IMG/VR virus record: IMGVR_UViG_3300031939_000377
Span: 1 to 54,673 of that record
Reading direction: 5' to 3' (one strand)
Source: a virus
Lineage: Duplodnaviria > Caudoviricetes
Length of the DNA stretch: 54,673 nt
Shown here: piece by piece, positions 1 to 9,015 of the stretch
Layout: each line of letters starts with the position of its first letter
Position numbering within the stretch: position 1 is the first letter of the stretch
Translations under genes and position numbers: made by a program
The notes under the pieces: model-generated
The model's input: the letters and a program-made list of their open reading frames with translations, nothing else
The model's database searches: none
Told to the model about the DNA's origin: nothing

Positions 1-1677
1 ATCATTTGGGTCAAGCACGGTGAGAGTGTTCCCCGCGATGGTTCTCCGGTTGTACTGCCAGTAGGTAGCGGAGTTCGCGTCAGTGTAGGGATTCTGAAGC
101 ACCAGGTAGTCCTGGTTGAATAGGCTGATGTTCCCGGCGTCCTCGTGCCGGTGGGTGTTACCTCGTAACGAACCGCTGTAAGTCAGATATGTATCGTTGG
201 CGCCCCATCCGGTGCGGACGATCACGTCAGTGCCGAAGCGCGCGGAAGTTGGCAGGTCGGTGAGATCGTGCGATCCGGGTCCGTTGACGTACGGCCAGAA
301 GAGCAGCTTCCACAAAAGGCCAGTGAAGCCACCATCGCCGGAATCCCAATTGCTGCCGACGTCGTTGTTCATCATCCAGACCATGTGCGGGTCCGGAAAC
401 CGATCGTTGAGGATGACGATACCGAAGTTGTCGCGGCCGGCAAACGGGCCGCCTGCGCTGGCGTCTCCAAATGACGCAGTGGACCCGTTCGGCAGCATCG
501 TATACATTTTGTATAGTGCGCCGCGCGCCGCGGTGGGAAACTGAGAGCCCCAGATGTTGTTGGCACGGCCGGTGGCGGTATCATATGCCTCGATGCCTCG
601 ATAGAAGCGGATCGCGCCTGACCTCCAATACGTAGGGCCCTCCCAGTTCATGGCTCCATCGGCGAGCACGTCGTTGCTCTTCTTGACGTTAAACTCGTAC
701 GAATCGGAAACCCCGGTGACGGGTTTCACCTGAATGCCTTCCCACAGATAGCCGGCGCCCTCGTTCAGCATCGTGGATCCCAGCGGATCGTCGCCAAACA
801 GGGCGAGGCCAGCCGTATCAATTCCGACCTCGTTCTTGGACGTGTAGTTGTGGAAGTCCGCCTCCCGCACGTTGTCTCCGAACCCGCTCGATGCGCGAGT
901 AAGCGTGCTGCTCCAGTAGTAAACCTTGACCCTGTCGCGGACTTCTACGTCGTGGCCGTTCGCCACCAGCCAGTCGTAGCACCAGTCGTAGAAGTAGGAG
1001 AGGGACTCAAGAACTTCGCCCACCTGCGAAGTCGCGTCATTTCCGGATGGCGTGCCGGCAGTGTAATACATGCCCGATTCGGTGTGCGTCTGCGAGACGA
1101 CGCCCGACGCGTAGGTAAAGTGCGTAGCGTCGATCACGCTGACGATATCCCTGCCGCCGTTCAAGGAATCGTTCGTTGCCCCCCACACGCCGTTGCAGCA
1201 TCCAGTGCTGAGCGTCGTCGTCGGCGTCGTGGACAAGGTGACCGTCGCGGTTCCGGACCCGTTCGTGACGATCGAGCTTATGGGTACCGGCTGCATGTAG
1301 TGCGTGGAGAAGGTGCTCCACAGGGCAGCCGCGTAGGGGTTGGCCGTCACATCATTGCCGGCATAGTGGTAGTAGGCGTAAATCAGCGCGTACGCCATCA
1401 CCGAGTTGCTGTAGCCCTCGTCCGTCGAGTTGTAGAAAGAGGGCGTGGAAGAGGCGCACAACGCCTTCAGCGACGCCAGGTCCGCCGCGGCGGTGGCGTT
1501 GCCGCCCAATGCCAGGGCCGAGCGCGCGGCCAAGCGCTTGGCGGGAGGTTGCCAGGTATCCGTCAGCGTATCGTTAATGAGCAGGCGAGGATGGCTGAGG
1601 ATAACGCTACGCGGGTTGGTCTGTCCCCACATCGAAAGTATGGAGCCCGCCGCCAGAAAAAGCCTTACAAGACGCAT
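1..1677 (-). CDS. Exported heparinase II/III-like polysaccharide lyase (3' end runs off window; not in ORF track)
   Basis: ATG at 1677 directly after the upstream stop. Segments translated by hand in one frame: signal-like MRLVRLFLAAGSILSMWGQ, HPRLL, WEGPTYW, RTGWG, THRHEDAGNISL, YNRRTIAGNTLTVLDP. Confidence 0.75.
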   Translation of the reverse strand, partial: MRLVRLFLAAGSILSMWGQTNPRSVILSHPRLLINDTLTDTWQPPAKRLAARSALALGGNATAAADLASLKALCASSTPSFYNSTDEGYSNSVMAYALIYAYYHYAGNDVTANPYAAALWSTFSTHYMQPVPISSIVTNGSGTATVTLSTTPTTTLSTGCCNGVWGATNDSLNGGRDIVSVIDATHFTYASGVVSQTHTESGMYYTAGTPSGNDATSQVGEVLESLSYFYDWCYDWLVANGHDVEVRDRVKVYYWSSTLTRASSGFGDNVREADFHNYTSKNEVGIDTAGLALFGDDPLGSTMLNEGAGYLWEGIQVKPVTGVSDSYEFNVKKSNDVLADGAMNWEGPTYWRSGAIRFYRGIEAYDTATGRANNIWGSQFPTAARGALYKMYTMLPNGSTASFGDASAGGPFAGRDNFGIVILNDRFPDPHMVWMMNNDVGSNWDSGDGGFTGLLWKLLFWPYVNGPGSHDLTDLPTSARFGTDVIVRTGWGANDTYLTYSGSLRGNTHRHEDAGNISLFNQDYLVLQNPYTDANSATYWQYNRRTIAGNTLTVLDPND

Positions 1678-1678
1678 A

Positions 1679-2974
1679 TTATTTTCCTTGCCTGTGCGCT
1701 GCCCCGCCAAACACTGGAAGTACCGGGCTGTTTATTCCCGCCCAGGCCACGGAGCCAAACAGATTGACGGGCGTGGAGGAGGTGCAAAACGGCCAGGTAG
1801 TTCCGCCGCTCCCAGTCGCGTACTTTCCGCTGTTGGAGCTGAACATATACCCTTCGACCGTGTTCAACGAAGGCCTGAATTTCAGATAGAAGAGGTGGGC
1901 GACGTCGCTGGCTCCGTCGGGCGTGCCTCCTGTGCAGTACGTGCCGGGCGGCGGGTTGAGAGAGGAGCCGGGGTTGTCCCGTTCCTGCATGTTGACGAAC
2001 AGCTGCTGGACGGTCTGCGCGCGCGAGGACGTGCTTGCCTGTTGCGACAGCCTCCAGTACGTGTTCCCCGACTGCCCGCCGTCGATCCAGTGCCCGCAGT
2101 ACAAGCCGAGCAGGTTGCTCCACTTCTGAAGTCCCGCCCACGTGGGATCAGAGGGATCGACAGCGTCCGAGGGAAAGTATCCGCGCCACATTTCGAGGCC
2201 GCTGTTGGCGTAGGGAGCTGCCGCCATCGAGTACAGCGTCGGCCCAAAGCCGCCGACGCGCGTGGCGAACGAGAACGACGTGCTGGTGGTGCTGTAACCG
2301 TGGGTGGTGACGTGGACCTCATAGCCCATGCCGACATACGAATCGTGCAAGCCTTTGGCCCAGTTCAACGGCCCGCTGCCGGGGTAGAATTCCAGGGAGA
2401 TGATCAGCAGCTTCCGGCTGCCTATTAGCAGGCTGATGGCCGTATTGGCTCCCGTGGTGTCATAACTTCCCACCCAGTACGCCATGTCGCCCGCGCCGAT
2501 CGACCGCCCCGCACCGAACCACGCGGCCCGCGTGTTGGCTCCCATGATGTTGCCTGCGAGGAAAGCAAAGCAGAGGTTGGATCGGCTGGACGCGCCACCC
2601 CTGCCCCCGTCGTAATCATGGTTTCCGGGAGGGCTGATATACGGAATGCCGGCAGTGTTCAGAATGGCCACTGCATTGGCGAATACCGTACCTTCGCCGT
2701 TAGATGCTACGGTGCCGTTGTTCTGGCAATCGCCCACCCCAATCACGCATTTCGTATTCCAGGCAGCCTGATCCGAAGCAATCCGGTTGGCCATCTGGTT
2801 GTATAACGCTGTGCAGCCAACCGACACGGTCAGGTACTGCGGGTCTGGAATGACGCAGATGGTGTAATCCGGATCGCTGAAAGCCTGCGACCTATTCGCC
2901 AGCAAGCCCATGAGCCCCGCGCTCGCCAGCCCCTGAAAGGCCCTCCGAGTGACACTGCGAAGCGCGCTATTCAC
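1679..2974 (-). CDS. Calcineurin-like metallophosphoesterase with Tat signal
   Basis: IPDPQY, GVGD, GNHDYD, TTH and CGH motifs; N-terminus VTRRAFQGLASAGLMGLLANRSQA. Confidence 0.8.
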   Translation of the reverse strand: MNSALRSVTRRAFQGLASAGLMGLLANRSQAFSDPDYTICVIPDPQYLTVSVGCTALYNQMANRIASDQAAWNTKCVIGVGDCQNNGTVASNGEGTVFANAVAILNTAGIPYISPPGNHDYDGGRGGASSRSNLCFAFLAGNIMGANTRAAWFGAGRSIGAGDMAYWVGSYDTTGANTAISLLIGSRKLLIISLEFYPGSGPLNWAKGLHDSYVGMGYEVHVTTHGYSTTSTSFSFATRVGGFGPTLYSMAAAPYANSGLEMWRGYFPSDAVDPSDPTWAGLQKWSNLLGLYCGHWIDGGQSGNTYWRLSQQASTSSRAQTVQQLFVNMQERDNPGSSLNPPPGTYCTGGTPDGASDVAHLFYLKFRPSLNTVEGYMFSSNSGKYATGSGGTTWPFCTSSTPVNLFGSVAWAGINSPVLPVFGGAAHRQGK

Positions 2975-3746
2975 TGAGCCTCCAACTCATTGGACGATCG
3001 AGCGCAATGACCCTCCGCGGAACTCGTGAAGTGACGCCGGAGGTTGGGCTAAAGGCCACGCCCATCATTCCGTGCGCAGTGCCTCCAGCCGTGAACGAGA
3101 TGGCTATCGTTCCGCCAGCGTTCGTCGCGGCGTTGTACTCTGCCAGAGTTCGAGTGACCCCGTTGGTCACCTGCGTAGCCGCCTGCGTGTATCCGGAGCC
3201 AGCGGAGAGCGTCGTGGATACGTCGCCATAGCCCCAAGGCAGCGCGTTCACTTGCGCTCCCGTTATGTTTCCTGACGTAGCGGTCGCGCTGCAGAATGGC
3301 GTTCCCGAGTTGGCGTTGGTCGGGGCAGGAATCGCAGGAGATCCCAGGTTCCACTGGTAGCTGTCCGCGAACAAGCTCCCAGTGGACCCGGCGCTCCACG
3401 TCGCCGTTACCGTCGTAGCTCCGGACGCGACGGACACCGTGGAGTAGATCTCGGCTATGGCGCGCCCCATCGAGCAGTTCGCGATCAACGTCCAGGGCGT
3501 TGACCCGGTGTTCGCCGAGTCCTTGATCGTGCAGGTGTTCGACAGGGACGCCGCGTCGCACCCGGCTACCAGCAAGTTCCCCACGTGCCCGACCGTCAGA
3601 TTGCAGGTTCCAGTCGCAGCTGTTCCGGTTACGCCGGCAGAACAGCCGGTTCCATCGTGCGCCCACGAGGCGACGAACGCGCTGGCGGGCCAGCGAAGAG
3701 CTACGCCCGCGGCAAGGATTACTAAAAGCAGGATTAGTTTCCGCAC
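2967..3746 (-). CDS. Secreted Thr/Ser/Gly-rich beta protein
   Basis: Sec signal MRKLILLLVILAAGVALRWPASA; Cys pairs; coupled to neighbours. Confidence 0.7.
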   Translation of the reverse strand: MRKLILLLVILAAGVALRWPASAFVASWAHDGTGCSAGVTGTAATGTCNLTVGHVGNLLVAGCDAASLSNTCTIKDSANTGSTPWTLIANCSMGRAIAEIYSTVSVASGATTVTATWSAGSTGSLFADSYQWNLGSPAIPAPTNANSGTPFCSATATSGNITGAQVNALPWGYGDVSTTLSAGSGYTQAATQVTNGVTRTLAEYNAATNAGGTIAISFTAGGTAHGMMGVAFSPTSGVTSRVPRRVIALDRPMSWRLSE

Positions 3747-3747
3747 G

Positions 3748-6072
3748 TTAGTTCACCGTGTACGTTACGCAGGCACTCAAGCGCTTCGCGCCGGTCGAGG
3801 CGAATCCGCTTCCCGTCTTGGTTTGAATCCAATCGCCGGCCGCCAGCACGTTTGCGCTCGCCGCAGTAACTATGGTGACTGTCCCACTCTTTGCTGTTCC
3901 GTCCAGACATGCAGAACCTGTAGCGGCGCATGCCACAGCACCAGATGCTGCCGTGGCAAGCTGGGCGCTAACCAAATCCGTTGCTGTTCCGGTGTGGTTC
4001 TTTTGTAGAATCACCGATGGAGTCCCAGCGTTTGCTGACACCGTTACTTCGATGACTGTACCGGCAACCGGCACCATAAATATGCGACCTTGAGGCCCAA
4101 TATCCGCATCCACCAGATCGGAAGATGCGTTATCCGTTCCGAAATCAAAGCAGGAAGTGCGGGTGATCGCTGGAACTGGCAGGTCTGCTGAGGTGGCCGT
4201 TGAAGGCGTAGCAACGGCTCCGGATACCGTGATCTTCACCAGGCCCGTGCTCAGAGCCCCAAGGTTGACCGCGTTGGCCGGTGCGTTCGTGCTGCTCGCC
4301 GTCCAGTAAGTGCCCAGTGCATTGGCTCCACTGCCGCCGCTGCCGCAGTCCGATCCAGTGCCGCTAACGACCCCCAGCGTACTGACGTGCAAGCACTGAG
4401 TAGATCCAGTGATCGTGTTGAACGTCGGCGCTGGCATTGTGACCGTTCCGGTGAGTGTAGGGGAAGCCAGCGGCGCGAACATTGAGGTCCAGCTCAATTG
4501 GTGGCAGGTGGTCGGAGCCCCAGCGGCCAGCGTGGGGCACGTTGTGGATCCGGTGTCGATGAGGGCCTGGTTTGCGGTGCCATTCGTAGCTGGCAGGACG
4601 TAGGCGATCGCCGTTCCAGCGACGTCGGCCGCCGCTAGGGCCACGACTCCGGAAGTGATCCCGGAGAGTGTCACCGATCCGCTCTTGGTGCCGTCGTAGA
4701 GAGTGAACGGTCCCGCCCAAGCGCTTCCGGAACAAATATAGACATTGACAGGAGTGGTTGAAGTGTCGCGATAGAACGCGCCGGCATTTGAACACGCGCC
4801 GCTTGGCGCGCCGGAACCGGATGTGGCGTACGATGCAATCGCCATGTACGTCCCGCTCAGATCGGGGATGTCGGCCGCCGTCGCCGCCGTGTCCGCGCTG
4901 CCCGCCCCCGCTCCTTTCCTCAGCCCGGTGACGCTCGCGGGGAACCTCGTGTCGTTGCCTATCGCGACCGTGCTGCTCGTCGTTCCCGTGGGGAGATCGG
5001 TGACGACGATGGTGTGGCAGGAGGAAGCGTGCGTCGTCGTGCTGTATCGCCATATGCCGCCGGTGCTCGTGCAATCCGCCAAACCGAGGAGTCCGAATGT
5101 CCCCGTGATCACCTGATCCTGTGTGCCCCCGGTGATTGTAGGCTGCTTCCCCGCCAGGTCCGCCACCAGCCCTGTCACGCCGCTCTCCGGGATCGCCGGC
5201 ATGTCAGTGGCGAGCAGCGCACACGGCCCAAACGTTGTAGCCGTCCCGCAAGTGCCGATTACCTGGTGGGAGGTCTGCGCCGCCGCGGCCGTCACCGCGA
5301 TGGTGCCATTGACGGTGAGCGGGCTTCCGGTAACCGATAGCCACGAGGGCACCGTCAGGCCGATTGAGGAGATACCGCCGCCGGCTCCCGGGCAGGTCAC
5401 AAAAGTCAGTACGCCAGTGCTCCAGCTCGGGCAGAAAGTACCATTCCCCGGATTGGCCAGGCGTTGGGGAACCCCAGAGGCCCCACCTATAATGAGATCC
5501 CCAGCGGACGTCATCGGGTTGGCAAACACTCCGAGGTTAGCCCGCGCCGTGGCGGCATTCGCCAAGTCGGATAAATTGTTTGCCGGTGTCAGGAAGGTCG
5601 GCACCCCCGTGATCTTCGACCAGGCCAGCGCCGTGATCCAGGAGGGATTGCTATAGCTCCCTGTCGAGTCGACGGCATTCGTCACCTGCGCCGCAGTGTA
5701 ATCTCCGGTCTGCGCCGCTACCGTTCCCGCGCGGCCGAAGACAGTCGAGACCGCCCCGCCCGTGGAATTCGCCCGCAGCCAGGCTAGGTTGTAGTCCAGC
5801 GCAATGTGGCTGCCCACCCGGCAGTCGGTCGGCTGGATGTTCACCGGAGAGCTGTAGACCAGCACCCACCAGGTCACCGAAATATCCGGCTGGTGGCCGG
5901 TATTGGACGCCTGGAGGCTGGTGTATGCCGATCCGGCGTAATATAGCGTGTCGTTGAGAGCGTAGGTTGTGCCGCTCGTGTACGTGCCTTGCCAGACGCG
6001 GGAGTCCGTCGCCGGGCATTGCGCCCAGAGGCTCCCGGCCAGCAGAATCAAAATTGCTAAAAGTCTTCGCAT
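3748..6072 (-). CDS. Tail-fibre-like protein with Sec signal peptide and CBM5/12-like domain
   Basis: MRRLLAILILLAGSLWAQ; WQGTYTSGTTYALNDTLYYAGSAY..P...WW; fibre motifs VSTVFGRAGTV, ANNLSDLANAATARANLG, NPMTSAGDLIIG, APLASPTLTG. Confidence 0.7.
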   Translation of the reverse strand: MRRLLAILILLAGSLWAQCPATDSRVWQGTYTSGTTYALNDTLYYAGSAYTSLQASNTGHQPDISVTWWVLVYSSPVNIQPTDCRVGSHIALDYNLAWLRANSTGGAVSTVFGRAGTVAAQTGDYTAAQVTNAVDSTGSYSNPSWITALAWSKITGVPTFLTPANNLSDLANAATARANLGVFANPMTSAGDLIIGGASGVPQRLANPGNGTFCPSWSTGVLTFVTCPGAGGGISSIGLTVPSWLSVTGSPLTVNGTIAVTAAAAQTSHQVIGTCGTATTFGPCALLATDMPAIPESGVTGLVADLAGKQPTITGGTQDQVITGTFGLLGLADCTSTGGIWRYSTTTHASSCHTIVVTDLPTGTTSSTVAIGNDTRFPASVTGLRKGAGAGSADTAATAADIPDLSGTYMAIASYATSGSGAPSGACSNAGAFYRDTSTTPVNVYICSGSAWAGPFTLYDGTKSGSVTLSGITSGVVALAAADVAGTAIAYVLPATNGTANQALIDTGSTTCPTLAAGAPTTCHQLSWTSMFAPLASPTLTGTVTMPAPTFNTITGSTQCLHVSTLGVVSGTGSDCGSGGSGANALGTYWTASSTNAPANAVNLGALSTGLVKITVSGAVATPSTATSADLPVPAITRTSCFDFGTDNASSDLVDADIGPQGRIFMVPVAGTVIEVTVSANAGTPSVILQKNHTGTATDLVSAQLATAASGAVACAATGSACLDGTAKSGTVTIVTAASANVLAAGDWIQTKTGSGFASTGAKRLSACVTYTVN

Positions 6073-6669
6073 TTAATTGCCTCCCCACGTCGTACCACTG
6101 CCCGCTCCGCCGCCCCAGGTCCCATCGCCGCCCGAACTTCCGCCGGTGCATCCCGATCCCAGCGAGGCGATCCCGCTAGCCACCTGGATGCAGTAATCGC
6201 CGTTAGCGACGGTCGATACGTTGAGCTGGGAAATCAGGAACAAGAGAGAAGGCGCCGGCGGAGTGCCCGTAATCTGCACATCCCCGATCCCGAGCGTGCT
6301 GGGCGAGGACGGCACCAGCCAATACCGCGGCTTGGGATCGTTCCACGGCCCAATCCGGTGGCCATTAATGACCTGCAGCGGCACCGAGCAGCGCACGGTG
6401 TAATACTGCCCGGCCGGCGTCGCCGTGTCGGTCGGCTGCAGGGTGACGCGCAACGCGCCGGCGGTAAAGTTGACCTGGACGGGCACGCCCCAGACCTGCA
6501 CATGGGTGGCAGCCTCAAAACCGAACGCGGTAATGGTGCAGGTGCCGGAGACCGGATCGTTATACGTCGGGACAGAGATAGTGCCCGTGATCGTGGTTTG
6601 CCCGTAGAGCGTCGAGATGCCGCCGGCCAGTGCGAGGATGGCCAGCCGGAAAGGGTTTAACAGCTTCAT
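6073..6669 (-). CDS. Secreted hypothetical protein, fibre-associated
   Basis: Signal-like MKLLNPFRLAILALAGGISTLYGQ; stop abuts next start. Confidence 0.65.
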   Translation of the reverse strand: MKLLNPFRLAILALAGGISTLYGQTTITGTISVPTYNDPVSGTCTITAFGFEAATHVQVWGVPVQVNFTAGALRVTLQPTDTATPAGQYYTVRCSVPLQVINGHRIGPWNDPKPRYWLVPSSPSTLGIGDVQITGTPPAPSLLFLISQLNVSTVANGDYCIQVASGIASLGSGCTGGSSGGDGTWGGGAGSGTTWGGN

Positions 6670-6685
6670 TTTGTTGCTCCATTGT

Positions 6686-7411
6686 TCATTTCGCAAGATT
6701 TCCAGAAATTATGCTTGTCGTCGGCCGGCCGCCCGGGCCGCCCACGGTATTACCCATCGGCATGAGCGCCACCGAGGAACTCTTGCCGTCGCAGCGCGCC
6801 GATCCCAGAGTTGCGGCAACGGCAGCAGTGGCGCGGCTTTCGGACTTGCCGTCGCAGCGGGCCGTGCAATGCAATGCATAGGACGCAGACACTCCGTCGC
6901 AGCGGGCGCTGAACACTGCTTGGATTCCCGTACTCGCGAGGCTGCTGCTGGAGCCTTCGCATTTCGCGGAGCCATAGGTCGCCGTGTGAGCGTGACAAAC
7001 GCTGTTCGACGTCCCGGCGCAGACCGCCGAGAAGATCACCAAGGCGAGGATCTGGAAGTACCGCAAGCTGCTCGGCGGATTCGGTGAACCGGCGGAAATC
7101 GTGAATTGGTATGTTCCAACCGTCGTCGGCGTGCCGGAAATACGCCCGGTCGAAGAGTCCAGCGATAGCCCCGGCGGCAGGCTTCCGGTCACGATACGGT
7201 AGCCCGTTGAAAAAGGCATCCACTGGAGCCGCACATCGTATGGGTAGGACAGGTGCGCGGCCTCCAGATCCTCATACTGATACGGCAGGACCGCACGGTT
7301 GTTCGGAGACGGCTTCACAATCTGGTGCCGCCCTCCCAACACAGAACCGAACCCAACTGGCTGGACAGCGGGATTCGAGGCTTCTGACGCGGTTGCCTTC
7401 GGTGTGGACAT
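6686..7411 (-). CDS. Putative Ig-domain virion protein with C-terminal S-A-R-C-D-G repeats
   Basis: LPPGLSLDSSTGRISGTPTTVGTYQFTISA (He_PIG-like); five SARCDG-like units. Confidence 0.65.
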   Translation of the reverse strand: MSTPKATASEASNPAVQPVGFGSVLGGRHQIVKPSPNNRAVLPYQYEDLEAAHLSYPYDVRLQWMPFSTGYRIVTGSLPPGLSLDSSTGRISGTPTTVGTYQFTISAGSPNPPSSLRYFQILALVIFSAVCAGTSNSVCHAHTATYGSAKCEGSSSSLASTGIQAVFSARCDGVSASYALHCTARCDGKSESRATAAVAATLGSARCDGKSSSVALMPMGNTVGGPGGRPTTSIISGNLAK

Positions 7412-8587
7412 TTAGTCGAACCTCATGCAGAGCGCTCCGCCCGTGGTCGGTATCGAAGAGTTCGCGAAGCCGTCTCCTGGCGCGGCGAATATGAACCTTC
7501 CGGCCTTGCTCGGCAAGTAGGTACGCGTACTGCCGTAGATCACTGCCGTAAACGTCACGCCTTCCACGATGTCGCCTTGGTATGCGGAGCCGACGACCGT
7601 GAGCTGATAATCGAAGAAGCCCACGCACGGCGAGCAGGTGTCGAACGGGATCGAGCCGTTGAACGCCGAGGTGCCCTGGACGATACAGGCGCGGCTGATC
7701 CATGCGCCGTATCCGTTTCCCTGATCGTTGTAGCTGGCGGGCGCCGGACCGACTCCGAACAAAAACGACGCCTGGATCGCGTGGTTGCTGTTGTTGTGGT
7801 TCCCGCAAGTGAAGATAGTCACATGCGAGCCCGTATACGCGCCGGTCGAATCGACGGAGCGCTCAATGGCAAAGAATTGCTGGCATACGTTAATGCCGGT
7901 GCGCCAGAACATCGCAGCCATGCGCCCGCTGGCCGCCGAAAAATCGCATTCGTATTGAGCGGATGAACTGGGAACGGTGTAGGTCGCGGACGCCGCGACT
8001 ATCGGGCCGAGCGTTCCCGTTCCGCCGTTCAGCGTCCCCGCGCCGTCAGTTCCCTCGGATACAGAGAGGCGGAACGTCGGGTCGTTGCTCGACCCGGAAA
8101 CGTTCCCGTATTCCAGCTTGAGGTAGAAGTTTGCCAGAGAGTCGTTGGGCTGCCAGATCTCATAAACAAATGCTCCGGAGCCAGGAACAGAGGTTATGGC
8201 CGTCGTGGTCCCGCTGCCCGCGTGCGTCTCATTGACCTGAGTGGAAGTGCCGACTGTAACGGTTCCACTCGAGCCGCCCGAAACCGCCGTCAGGGTGGCC
8301 GTGACATTATTGCCGCCGTTCGAAAAGCCAGAGAAGGTCACGGACATTCCAACGCGCGGCGCCGGCCCTGTATAGCCGGAATAGCTATACACTGCGTTGC
8401 CCCCGCTTACAGCAACCTGAGTCAGCGTGAGAACGGTTGCCGTCCACACCACCTGCCCGGTGTCGTTGCTTTGCTTCCAGGGCGCGCCCGATAAGCCCGC
8501 CAGAAAGGCGCTAAACGGGCTCGCCCATTGAATGAAATTGGATACGGTGCTGCTGTCGCACACGAGGTTCTGAGTTGAGGTGGCCAT
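7412..8587 (-). CDS. Minor tail/virion structural protein
   Basis: Coupled ORF in tail operon; Ser/Thr/Gly-rich beta composition. Confidence 0.6.
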   Translation of the reverse strand: MATSTQNLVCDSSTVSNFIQWASPFSAFLAGLSGAPWKQSNDTGQVVWTATVLTLTQVAVSGGNAVYSYSGYTGPAPRVGMSVTFSGFSNGGNNVTATLTAVSGGSSGTVTVGTSTQVNETHAGSGTTTAITSVPGSGAFVYEIWQPNDSLANFYLKLEYGNVSGSSNDPTFRLSVSEGTDGAGTLNGGTGTLGPIVAASATYTVPSSSAQYECDFSAASGRMAAMFWRTGINVCQQFFAIERSVDSTGAYTGSHVTIFTCGNHNNSNHAIQASFLFGVGPAPASYNDQGNGYGAWISRACIVQGTSAFNGSIPFDTCSPCVGFFDYQLTVVGSAYQGDIVEGVTFTAVIYGSTRTYLPSKAGRFIFAAPGDGFANSSIPTTGGALCMRFD

Positions 8588-8995
8588 TTAGCTCTCCGAT
8601 GTAGTGAAGGTTCCGATGGGATATGCAAACGGGATTCCGGCAGCCGCCACTATCGGCGGGCCCTCCGCGTAGACGCGGTACAGGTTCCCTCCGGAGCTTG
8701 CGTCATACTGCCCAACGCCCACAATCATGCCCCAACCAGGGCCGGTGGGAGTTCCGAAGTTGAACACGGTCCCGTTCGACATCAGCGCCGAGACGATGGC
8801 CGGGAAATTCGTCGTGTTCGCCGTGACCGCAAGGCGTGCATATCCGTTGCTGCCGATGGTTACCTCTGTGCCGCCCAGCCCATCCACTCCGGGAAGCACC
8901 GTGAACAAAGCGAAATACCACGTAGCAACAACCCCCCCGCTGTACTCAGTGTTGAGAATCAGGTTCGAGTAGTAGGTAGTTTTGAATCCGGCCAT
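8588..8995 (-). CDS. Small phage tail/fibre protein
   Basis: YFALFT..PG..G.GGTEV...GYAR pattern typical of siphovirus minor tail proteins; AGGAG RBS. Confidence 0.7.
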   Translation of the reverse strand: MAGFKTTYYSNLILNTEYSGGVVATWYFALFTVLPGVDGLGGTEVTIGSNGYARLAVTANTTNFPAIVSALMSNGTVFNFGTPTGPGWGMIVGVGQYDASSGGNLYRVYAEGPPIVAAAGIPFAYPIGTFTTSES

Positions 8996-9015
8996 CTGGT
9001 TTTTCTCCTGACAAT

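Noticed and set aside
501-515. Palindrome TATACATTTTGTATA
   Set aside because: Inside the lyase coding frame (YKMYT); single short dyad expected by chance
850-2428. Long plus-strand ORFs (also 13437..14657, 14724..15890, 32667..34088, 34461..35402)
   Set aside because: Antisense shadows of well-supported minus-strand genes in high-GC DNA; no motifs
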